64,000 bases of DNA from the human T2T-CHM13v2.0 reference genome, Homo sapiens. Below the pieces are notes generated by a model. The model saw only the letters and a program-made list of their open reading frames with translations, searched no databases and was not told the DNA's origin. A program made the position numbers and the translations under genes. The stretch lies in NCBI RefSeq assembly GCF_009914755.1, contig NC_060937.1; one strand, written 5' to 3'. Below, piece by piece: positions 52,572 through 64,000 of the stretch (the stretch's first letter is position 1; each line of letters opens with the position of its first letter).

Positions 52572-55479
52572 CTGTGAGATGATCAGTGTGTTAAGTAACT
52601 TGATTGTGATTCCTTTCACAATGTATATGTATATCAAAACATCACATTATATGCCTTAAATACATACCATTTTTATTTGTCAATTATCCCTTAGTAAAAC
52701 TAGAGAAGAAAATCCATTACGTAAAAAAACAAACAACAAAAAAGAATATAAAGGAAACTGTGCTAATTCTATTACTGTCCTAAGTGATTTTTAAATAACA
52801 TATAGGAAAAAATTGCAAATATAAATAATTTAAAATTTATGTTATGTTTCTTGTTGTATTGCCATTCTGCTAGGAATTTTAGATTTTTGCTAATATTAAT
52901 GGAATTTCATGTAATAAAATATGAGTGGATTAGTCTTTGGATTTGGAATATATATCTCAGTTATGCCTGTGGGCACTATAAGTCATTTACCTGTGTGGAC
53001 AAAGTCAGAATTTGAGGAAGCAAGTATAAGACATTCACATGTTGAGATATAGGAAATATAGTTAATTTGTGGAAGCAGTTGCTTATTTCTTTAAACTCTT
53101 CGTTTTCATTTATTGATTGTGTCTCGTATAAGTGGAGCCAATAAAAATTAAAAAAAAGACATCAGTGGGATGTACTCTTCTTAAATTTCTTCTTTACAAT
53201 CTCATTTCCTTATCTAATTGTCACCCTTCAGAAAAACGAAATGCACATATACCATGGAAATTACTAATTGCTAATCTAGGGCTTGAATTCAGAAGTTAGG
53301 TCTTGCCAGTCATAAGTATTCAGCGTTATTGATGACTCTTTCATGAAGAAAGAATTTCTACAGGAATACAAATAGAGGCCACTACCCTTTGTGGAGTAAA
53401 ATAGAATTCAAATTTCAAAAGTAAATCACAACAGGACCAACAGACAAAACACCAAGCTTGTAGAAATATGTTCACATTGCTGACATTTACTACTTTTAAT
53501 TTACTTTTGATATATTTATTAAATTTTCCTTATAATCATATAAACCTAATTGACTTAGTCCTGCAACTAAATTACTTTGAACCTCCTGCAGTAAAACATT
53601 ATTTTAGGATGTTCAGGCTACTTTATAAAATGGTAGTATACAGTAAGTGGTAACTACAAGTTGGAAAGACCCTGAGAAATCATCCAGTATTACCTTTCAT
53701 TTTGAATATGACAATTCCCTTAAAAAGTTAAATAAATAATCTGCCAGTGTCACAAAACTGTTTATTGCCCTAAACCAGTACCTTCTAATTCTTTCTATTT
53801 TGTTCTTTCCGTAACATTATTCAGCTTAGAAAAGCTACTTGTTATTCTGCCATGAGTAAGAGACTTCAATTTTAGTGTTACTTAACTATAGTAACACTTT
53901 ATTTATGAAAGTATTTTGATTTGCAAAGTCTTAAATGGAAGCAATTATTCCATTTTCTGGCAACATGCATCTGCATATCTGAAGGCATAGTCAAGTCCTG
54001 AGGGTACTACCTCATTATGAAGTGTGCTAGAGTAAAAATTATTCAGAACAAGAGGGGAAGAGAAAGCTGTAGAGTCTAATATGTTTTTACATAATGTGTT
54101 ATTTTTGTTAAATGCATTTTTTGATCAACATAGCATATCAAGTCATGTCATTTTTAGTTTGCCACAATATATTTTAGAGTGCACTAAATTAAGGCATTGA
54201 TATCTAGTTAAGGATGTTATAAATATGCATCACCATCATACCTTGTTCATGTCATTAATTTTATTATACTGTGATAAGAATGTTTTTCCTTATGTAACAA
54301 AAATTAATTAAAATGAATTTTAAATTCAACTCTATTGTTACTTATGGACGACATATACCTACAGTTTGTATCAATATGACAAAACATATATTAGAAAACA
54401 TTTACTTTTCTAATAAAATAATGTTTTACCTGGAAAATGTATGCATAATCAGTTATTAGAAAGCTTTTTAACTTTTTTTTCAAATTTCTTGTTAAAAAGA
54501 AAGAGTGGCAGATAGAAATAATCACAGTTAATCTCATATGGCAAGAAAAAGTCATATTTATTCTGCATGGCCATTGTTGATGCAGAATAATGAATCTCAG
54601 AGAGAAATAATCCAAAACAAAACATTTGATTTAAGGGAAACAGAATGTATGAGTAGTATCATGTTGCTCTAGCACTTTTGGAATAGCCAGGGTGTATCCA
54701 AATAATTATACCTTTTAAACAAAAGATGCATATTTACAACAAGGCATGCAATAAAGCATTCTTTTGAGCATTAGACAAGTATGAAGAGTAAAGTAAATTT
54801 TGGAATCATTAAACTAAATACTACTGTTGACAGAAATGACCTAATCTTTTAGCATGATGGCTACTGTCAGTAGGAGGTTGAGTAGTGCTAAATTTTGTAT
54901 AATAACAATTTTACTTACTATTAATAGTACTCTCATAACATTTTTTGCATATGTACAAAACTTTTTGTATTTTTTCAGGGTTGACCTAAAGGCTAAATTT
55001 AGGAACACTGTGACTTAATCTGTAACAAATACACAAATCTAATTGTTAGGGCAATCTTGAAATACAACAAAGCACCATCAGAGTTATTTGGTGAAATGCA
55101 TAAAAATATGTTCTGAGGTGCATTGATAATAAGCCTGTCTATAATATACAATTCTTTTCAATAATGTGTTTTCTCAATATCTCAAAAAGTTAGTTTCTAA
55201 GGTTTAAAGAATACTATTTATTTACAATTGAAAATTTACAAGAAAATTAAAGGAGTGTAAGGAAAGTTAATCTTTAAAATGATATTCATCTAAGTTATAC
55301 TTACTGAATTATATGTAATCAAAACAAATTACTTTGTCTTCAAATGAATGATAACTACAAAAGCATATTAGAGTTTTGCGTTAAATTTGTGTAAGTCCAA
55401 ACCAGGATGGGGTAAAAAAGGTCTTACATAAATAGAACATTATATATGAAGCAAAAACTACATTTTGAGCATCAGTTCA

Positions 55480-55879
<400 letters not shown>

Positions 55880-58800
55880 TCAATTTTTATTGAGGTAGAA
55901 TTTGCATGCTTAAAGACAAGAACCTGGACCAGATATTGTGGAGGTGTTTTTTTCCTCTTAAATCTAGTGTGCTTTGATTTCTTGCAATATGATTACATTA
56001 TTTAAAAAGGCAACACAAGTTTAGATTTCTTCAAATGGAAATAAATTGAGGTAATACTTGTTGTGGTTGCTATTGCTTTATTGCTGTAGCTTTATTAAAT
56101 AAATTTTAAAAAAGCTTAAGTTTGAAGGCTTCAAATGCAGGATCCTGAGCTATGAACTGAATGTAGAAAATCAGTAAGGTATGAAATAGCTTATTGTGTT
56201 TAGAGAAATGCAGTGTTTTCAATATGAGTAGGACATGCTATGTCAGCTTGTGTTTGAAGGTATATGTTCTGGGCTGGAGCTGGGAATTTGAGGAAATAAA
56301 AGTTAGATTGACTAGAGCCTGATTATGATGGATATTGCATGCTATACTAAGGAGTATGGGCTTTGTCCCCAAAGCCTTAAAAAAATAGTAAAAGATTCTA
56401 AGCACCAATTAATATTTGGGTTTTGCACTTTTTCCCATTGTACTTTTTATTTTTTAAGTTTTTAAAAAACTGTTCACTTTTAACACAATTTAAAGGAAAA
56501 CAAAACATAAACAAAAATGAATTCTACTCTGATTATCTGTGAAGTTTGATTTTGTTAGAGAAAGAAATAAAATAATTTATAATGGAGAAGCTAAATCTAA
56601 TAACCGTTGTTTAATAAAATATATTTAATACCACAGGAGATACAGTTTACTTCAGATACTGATATACTTTCACTTACTCATACAGTTCTTTCTATTAACA
56701 GTTCCCTTCTAAATAGAAACAGAGATTTTTATTAATGATTCTGTAGAAAATCACATATTCTAATAACTAAAATTAAACTATTTAAAATAATAAATAACAT
56801 GTTTAGTTGAGTAATATCTTCCAGGCACAGTGCTAAGTTTTTCATATCTATTTAAATTAATTTGCCTATTAAGGAGAACTCTAGGAAGGAGTTTGCCGAG
56901 GTTTAGTCTCCCTGCATACCACCTATTATACTGGCAGACATATACTTGTCTGCTTTGACTTGCCTCTTGGACATTCAGGGACATTTTTTGGGGGAAAAAT
57001 TAATTCCTTACTCCTGATACTTCCTTATATGTGTATAAAGTTTCAATATTGAAAAACTTCCTGACCCTGCTTCACCATTTCATTTTGTCACTAAGAAGAT
57101 AAAGCAATGTTTTTGATTGGTAAACGAGGGAAAAAAATAACCATGTATTGGCCAGATGCAGCTTTCTTTCTATTGGAACCGAGAAATCATCAGGGAGTAA
57201 ATCAGGGAATAAGTTTTACCCTCTCTTGCATCCCTAGTTCTTCACTCTGTGTTTTCTCTTTATTGCTGCACAATTAATAGAAGATACAATTTAAACTTGG
57301 GTGTAGCAATACAATAGAAATGATTTTTTAGGAGGCAATTGCTTTAAGATCCAAGAAGTCATAAGAAAGCAAAACAAGTCTTGTATAAAAAGTAAGGATA
57401 TTTGTAATCCTTCAAACCTTAGCAATCAACATAATTTAATAGACATTACAAAATGACATATTTTGCCTTTAAAATCTAGTGCTTTCAGCTGTGAAATAGA
57501 AGACATGAATTTATTAAATGAGGGTAAACTAATATAAATTAAAAGTTCAGCCTTAGCCGTGATATTAATATCTGTTCAACCTGACCTGTCTATTTTTCTC
57601 CCATTTCTGTAAAACACACTATCAAAAGTGGAGAATATGTATTCAAAGATAGCCCTCACAATCAGGGTCAGAGTTCCGTTCTGAAGACTTTAAAGCAACA
57701 AGCATACAAAAGTGTTTCAAGGGCATAACATTCCCCACAGAAGACCTCATTGGTTGCTTCTGGTCATCCTGAGCATTCTGCTGAAAACATCTGTCCTCCT
57801 AGATGTCCAATATCCTACCATCTGCTTAGTCAGCTATATTCTTAAAGGCACAATATGAAACATTGAAATCAGCAAATTAAAAACTCAGGCCTTAAATTGA
57901 AAATTCAGAATAAAACAGGAAGAAATTATGAAAAATGTCTCTAATCCAGGAGGTGCTAAAAAAAAAATACATGAATTAATCATCAAAAGCACAGAACTGA
58001 TTACATACAGAAAGTTATAAAAGAAAATGTGTTCAAGGTAGAAGTTCCATACAGCACCTGGGGGCGGATTATAATGTTTTCTTTTTAAAACAGCACATTA
58101 ATATAGTGGAACAATTCACATATCATTGGATTTGATGACTTAAGCTGCAGCCTTACTATTTTAATTCCATTAGAAGCCAAGTTCTGATCCAATGCTCTAT
58201 TCTGTTAGAAATACAACAGAAAAATACTGTGCCAAATTCTGGTACAGTATACGTAGCCTCTCCTCATAGAGCTCATCCTGCCAACAAAATGCTCAGTCCA
58301 AATCAATAAGTAAATAACACCAGGAAAATATAGTTTGAAATGAATTGAAACAGAGTTACAGTGTAGCGGACAAAAATAAATCCTTTCACAAAACTGAGAG
58401 CTTTCTGAGTTATTTCAATCATGGAATGCACCTGCATATAACTCACTTAAAATTGTGGCATTTGTGAATTATAGATCTTTCATACATGTGAAAAACCGGC
58501 AAAAAAAAATGCACATACTTATTTCATTCTCCATTTAAGAGTTCTTTTAAAAACACATTGAAAGTGGCTGGACTTTCTGTTCTTTTCTTTTTTTTTTTTT
58601 TTAAATCATCAGTCAATTGACATCACACAGTATCTATATTTTAAGGAATAGAGGAGAGAGTCATAGTTTTCTAGGTATTTTCTGAAATTTCTTGAAAGGA
58701 TAATAATGACACTTCTGGAAAGGTTAATAAGAAAATACTTTAAAATCTTATCTAGGATTTATAGACAAATAGAGAGTTGATGTATTCCTCTGATTAATTA

Positions 58801-59381
58801 AGGCCCAAACAGATGCATTATCCACAGGTTGTCAATTTTAGGAAGGAAGGAGCAAAAAGAAAGGAAATACAATTTTACTTAATATATAAAAATATCAAGC
58901 AGCTTACTTTAATAAAAAACTTTACTGGTAGATGTTATTATAAGTTAATTGAGAAGGCTAGAATAAATGGTAGATGCCTACAAAGAAAATAAATTAATTG
59001 AATTGCATACTAAATAAAATTGAGAATAATCTTGAACAGAACTATGCTACTGAAAATTTCATAACTAAACATTAATATAAGTGTGATGATAAAATTATAA
59101 TCTAGATCACTAATCAGATTACCTAAATGATATTGCTAAATTATGCCAAGTTGTAATAGAATGATGGAAACCTTCACACTAACAAGATTTTTATAAGAAA
59201 TGATTACTTCCAATATTAAAACAAAATTGATAGTAACTAGGAAAAAAAACAATTTTAAAAATAACTTTAAAAAATGATGCAGAAAAGCTAGAGAATACTA
59301 TGATTTTATTCCACATGGTAAATGTGCTGCACTTTTATTATTGTAAGGGTCTAAGAATTGAAATTCTTTATAATTAAAAAG

Positions 59382-59582
59382 GTATGTGTATATATACACA
59401 TACATAGGTGTATGTATACATATATGTGTGTATACATTCATAAATATACACATGTGTGTATACCCATCATGTATGTGATATATCATGTGCACACATGTAC
59501 AGCTGTGTGTTCATGCATTTCACATATCTTTTCACATGTGTATACATATACATTTATATGCATACACATATGTGCTTATGCA
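59382..59582. repeat. Degenerate TA/TG/CA low-complexity tract
   Basis: Direct reading. Confidence 0.85.
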
Positions 59583-60770
59583 GACACAAGATGGATAGAT
59601 TGAATGTACACTGAATGATGTTAAAATGGTACAGGATAAGAAGTAGCAAAATTGACTTAAAACCTAATGCATTAAATCAATTATAATTGAAGGACTTGCT
59701 ACCATACATTACAAGATTGAATCTTACTTAGTATGTTAACTACAGATATGATCAGTGTACAGGTAAAACAGTATACAGGTGAAACAGTGTTCTATGATTA
59801 GGAAGAATATAAAACCGTTTCTATATTGCCTCTGGTCATATTCTCCTAGCTTAGTCACAAAATTGGGACTGTTGCCTTTTAAATCTTATTCTTAAAATGG
59901 TATCTTCCTGAAAAGCAAATAGGTATTTAAAGTATAATATCCCAACCTTCTTCTATTCATTTCTCATCACCATCATCAATTATTTAAAGTTTTGTGCTAT
60001 GTAAGTCACAGAAAAATTAATTAATTATAAGAGGAAAACAGAACAACAACATTTTATAAATTCTGTCTCAAACATTACCAGAATAAGATCGAAATCTCCG
60101 TGATGTTGGCAATGCACAGAACTGAAACTTAAATAAGGAAGAGTGTCTAGGAAAAAGGAGAGTTTTAATTTCTACTCAAATAAAAATGTTTTTAATAATA
60201 ACCAACTCACAGGAGTTTGATTTTCATTACATCTGTTCAAGAGTTCTGTATATGTGGAAGGCTTCCCCTATTAATGGTTTAGTTCAAATCTCTAAAGGCC
60301 ACAGAGTGTCTGTATTAACATGTTCCATAAAATGTGATGATGTACAAAGTGCAGACACTACATGGCCTCACCTCTTTGGGTTTGAGTATGCCTTTGTCTA
60401 AAATGGGGCCAATAATTACTAATTTTCAAAGTTGAAATTAATACAAATATGGAAGCATAGGTTTTTCTGCCTAGGTATTCCATAGTGTTATCTATGACCA
60501 TTATCTCCTTCAAATTAATGGATTACCATGTGAAAAATAAATACTTTTTATATGTATTTTAATAAATTGTAGAACTCAATTATAGTACAGATAATATTTA
60601 GTCTTTACATTTTTAATATCACGTTATTAAAGTTAATATTTTTTCTAAGGACCAACTTTTGTTCATTACCATGTTATCTCAAGTTTGTCATATAAAGAAA
60701 TGCTCAGGATTTATTCTATGTTCAGCTATGAAATTTTAAACATGTTCTTTATAATTTTTGTAAGTCCTGT

Positions 60771-61181
60771 TGAGGGGTGGAGTTGTCGGGACTTCCTGGG
60801 CCGGTTCAGGGACCTTCACAAAAGTCCCCTGTTACTCAGGGTTTTGAGTTCTTAGCCAATTGAGTGAAGGATTCAAAATTAACCACTCCAAGGGAGGATT
60901 GAAAAAAGAACCATTCTCAGTTGACAAAAAAGAAAGAAAGGGGAGGGGGTAGCACAGGGATATAAGCCCTAGCCACCGGAGCCAGCAACAACAACCCTTC
61001 CGGCTCCCCTTCCGCTATGTGGAAGCTTTCCTTTCACTTTGTTCAATAAACTGCACTGCTACTCATTGTCCTGGTCTGTGGACTCTTTTTGAGCTGTAAC
61101 ACTGTGAAGGTCTGCAGCTTCATTCTTCATAGTTAGCAAGACCACGAACCTATCCCATCAGCAGGAAAAACTCCTGACTCA
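60771..61181 (+). mobile_element. Short solo ERV1 LTR related to the LTR12/LTR30 (HERV9/W) group
   Basis: TG...CA termini; TSD CTGT; CCAAT ~60856, TATAAG at 60961, AATAAA at 61045; LTR12-like R/U5 GAGCTGTAACAC...GAAGGTCTGCAGCTTCATTC. Confidence 0.85.
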
Positions 61182-61884
61182 CTGTCTCTTCTTAATTCCT
61201 AGCTTTGAATTTATGCGTATCTTCAAGGTTGTTGAAGTTCCATTTTGAAAATTAAAAATAAATAAATAATAAATAACTAGAGAATGCATAGGGACCACTG
61301 ACTTAAATTTCCAACACGACCTACATAATCACATCAAATTATCAAAGACATATATAAATATTAAATTTCATAAAACAACTTTGATGAGTTAATGCTTTTA
61401 TCTAGCTTTTGTCCATACTTTAGATGAACTGAATCAAGCCTACTATACTCACTGACCCAGCTAAATGTATACTTTGCAAAGGAGTAATAAGAAATGTCCT
61501 GTGTGGTGTGTGTGGCCATGTGCCAATGTGAATAAATGGTGTGTTGAGCGTAGAGTGGTAGCTAGACTTTAGAATTTGCTTGAGGGTATTAGTTTGAATA
61601 AATGTTTATTAAGGATAAACTACTTCAACTGATACTTGTTTGCATAAGTTTTCCGTAGGGGTTAGGTGCTTAAAATCTCCTTCAGGGATATTGCTTTGCA
61701 TAAGCTGTTTGCATTTAGATTCCATCCCTCTAGGAGATGTTAATTGCTTGATCTGTCATTAAAGTGTGGAGATTTAGATCCTGTTAAAGTAATACCCTGG
61801 AGTGTGATTGAGTGCAGCTGCTGAAGTGAATTAGAATAAGTTTGAATCCTGGAGGTTTGCTCTAGGATGGATAAACCAATCCTG

Positions 61885-62025
61885 CGAATTGTCTTACTCC
61901 ACCACTAGAAGATAAGTTCCATGCAAGCAAACGTTTTGCCTCCTTGCTGATTTTTCTCTACAGCCTAGGGAATATACCTGGCCCATGGAAGGCACGTAAC
62001 TATCTGTTAGATAACTGAATGAGTG
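61885..62025 (+). mobile_element. L2 3' end
   Basis: CCACTAGAAGATAAGTTCCATG...CAGCCTAG...CCTGGCCCATGGAAGGCAC...TGAATGAGTG. Confidence 0.65.
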
Positions 62026-62174
62026 GAGTAATTTTTAGTAGGAACTATTTATCTCCTTAGCTGGTATCCAAATAAAACTAAATAAAAAGTTCTTAAAAAC
62101 CAATATTTTATTCTCTAAATATTATTTATACTATGAAGGGCATGCCAGATCTACTTCTGTGTGCTAGTGATGAG

Positions 62175-62772
62175 TATGAACACAAAATATCTGAGACAGG
62201 TCTCAGTCAATTTAGAAAGTTTGTTTTGCCAAGGTTAAAGACATGCTCATGACACAGCCTCAGGAGGTCCTGACCACACGTGCCCAAGGTGGTCGGGGTA
62301 CAGCTTGCTTTTATACATTTTAGGGAGACATAATACATCAATCAATACATGTAAGATTTACATTAGTTTGATCTGGAAAAGCAGAAAAACTTGAAGCAGG
62401 TTGGGGCACTTAGCTTCCAGGTTATAGGTAGATTTAAACATATTCCCATTGGAAATTGTTTGAAAGAATGATTATCAGTAGAAAGGAATGACTGAGTTAA
62501 GATAAGGGGTTGTGAAGACCAAGGTTTTATCATGCAGATGAAGCCTCCAGGTGGCAAGGTTCAGAGAAAATAGATTGTAAATATTTCTTATCAGACTTAA
62601 GGTCTTTGTTGATCTTAATGCTGGAGGGATATAATGAGGCATGTTTGACCCCCACTTCCCATTATGGCCTGAACCAGTCTTTCAGATTAAATGTTAGGAA
62701 TTGCTGGCCAAGGAGGGAGTCTATTCAGATGATTGCAGTGGGGGGTACTTCAAATTTTATTTTTGATTTACA
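62175..62772 (-). mobile_element. MER4-family solo LTR
   Basis: AAAATATCTGAGACAGGTCTCAGTCAATTTAGAAAG...AATTTTATTTTTGATTTACA. Confidence 0.9.
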
Positions 62773-62827
62773 TTGTATACCCATCATTTTAAAAAATTTC
62801 TTTTAATTTCCTTCACTATCCCTACTA

Positions 62828-62940
62828 TTATGATTAAATTTTTTGATCAACTTGGTTAGGCTATAGTACCTACTTTATGGTCAAACAACCACCTAGATGT
62901 TCTGTGAAGATCTTTTTTAGATGTGCTTAACATTTATACA
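62828..62940 (+). mobile_element. MLT2-type LTR 5' fragment
   Basis: TGATTAAATTTTTTGATCAACTTGGTTAGGCTA...CTAGATGTTCTGTGAAGAT. Confidence 0.65.
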
Positions 62941-62949
62941 TCCATCTGT

Positions 62950-63070
62950 CTATTTTAATGGGTTTAAATGTATGGGGTATAAGTGTAATTTTGTTACATG
63001 CATAGATTCTGCAATGGCAAAATCAGAACTTTTAGAGTATACATCACCCAAAAAACATACACACATTAAA
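62950..63070 (-). mobile_element. L1MA 3' terminus, interrupted by HERV-H
   Basis: TATGGGGTATAAGTGTAATTTTGTTACATGCATAGATT. Confidence 0.75.
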
Positions 63071-63072
63071 CC

Positions 63073-63526
63073 TTTCATGCGCGTCCGTGTGAAGAGACCA
63101 CCAAACAGGCTTTGTGTGAGCAACATGGCTGTTTATTTCACCTGGGCGCAGGCGGGCTGAGTCCAAAAAGAGAGTCAGTGAAGGGAGATAAGGATGGGGC
63201 CGTTTTATAGGATTTGGGTAGGTAAAGGAAAATTACAGTCAAAGGGGGTTTGTTCTCTGGCGGGCAGGAGTGGGGGGTTGCAAGGTGCTCAGTGGGGGTG
63301 CTTTTTGAGCCAGGATGAGCCAGGAAAAGGACTTTCACAAGGTAATATCATCACTTAAGGCAAGGACCAGCCATTTACACTTCTTTTGTGGTGGAATGTC
63401 ATCAGTTAAGGTGGGGCAGGGCATTTTCACTTCTTTTGTGATTCTTCAGTTACTTCAGGCCATCTGGGCATATACGTGCAAGTCACAGGGGATGCGATGG
63501 CTTGGCTTGGGCTCAGAGGCCTGACA
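63073..63526 (-). mobile_element. LTR7, 3' LTR of a HERV-H provirus
   Basis: Reverse complement TGTCAGGCCTCTGAGCCCAAGC...GGACGCGCATGAAA, 454 bp; TATA 63203-63209, AATAAA 63132-63137 on minus strand. Confidence 0.97.
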
Positions 63527-64000
63527 TTCCTGCCTTCTTATATTAATAAGAAAAATAAAACAAAATAGTGTTGAAGTGTTGGGACAGCGAAAATTTTTGG
63601 GGGGTGGTATCTAGAGAGAATGGGCGATGTTTCTCAGGGCTGCTTCAAGTGGGATTAGGGTCGGCGTGGGAACCTAGAGTGGGAGAGATTAAGCTGAAGG
63701 GAGGTCTTGTGGTAAGGGGTGATATTGTGGGGATGTTAGAAGAAACATTTGTCATATAGAATGATTGGTGATGGCCTAGATATGGTTTTGGATGAATTGA
63801 GAAACTAAATGGAATAACAGAAGGAGAAAAACAGGTATAAAAGGTCTAAGAATTGGGACGACTCAGGATATCTGATTAGAGAGTGCCTAAGGAGATTCAG
63901 CATAGTCCTGCCAGCAAAGATTATTTATTTACTTCAAGAGTTAATAGTGACAGTTTGGGGATAGCACCAGGAGATATCAGCTGTGATGGCTTGGAAAAAC
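63527..64000 (-). mobile_element. HERV-H internal sequence, 3' end; continues beyond window
   Basis: Polypurine tract AAGAAGGCAGGAA directly before the LTR on the minus strand; typical HERV-H 3' internal sequence. Confidence 0.93.

Larger units (their letters stand above)
51795..52712 (+). mobile_element. L1MA-type 3' end, interrupted at 51974-52440
   Basis: GGTCAAAGGGTACAAACATTCAGTTATAAGA...GTGACTATAGTTA and TTTCACAATGTATATGTATATCAAAACATCAC...TTTTTATTTGTCAATTAT. Confidence 0.85.

Noticed and set aside
59298-59603. His/Tyr/Cys-rich ORFs
   Set aside because: Translations of a TA/CA low-complexity tract

Overview
Very AT-rich primate (most likely human or great ape) genomic DNA, probably a gene desert or deep intron. 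I find no supportable protein-coding exon, RNA gene or CpG island. Every recognisable ORF in the track comes from a transposon (Alu, L1 ORF1/ORF2, Tigger1 transposase, LTRs). The window holds about 12 Alus, many L1 pieces (one with a twin-priming 5' inversion), DNA transposons (Tigger1, MER6, MER20, MER30), solo LTRs with clean TSDs, a nested MLT1 provirus, and the 3' LTR7 plus internal end of a minus-strand HERV-H provirus that runs off the right edge. The most notable non-catalogue structures are local templated duplications: a ~210-bp inverted copy bracketed by a ~65-bp direct repeat at 40.2-41.2 kb, and a ~180-bp direct copy captured inside an L1 3'UTR at 52.0-53.2 kb. I do not see evidence for a new biological system. 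Subfamily names come from remembered consensus sequences, identities are estimated by eye, and neither was checked computationally.
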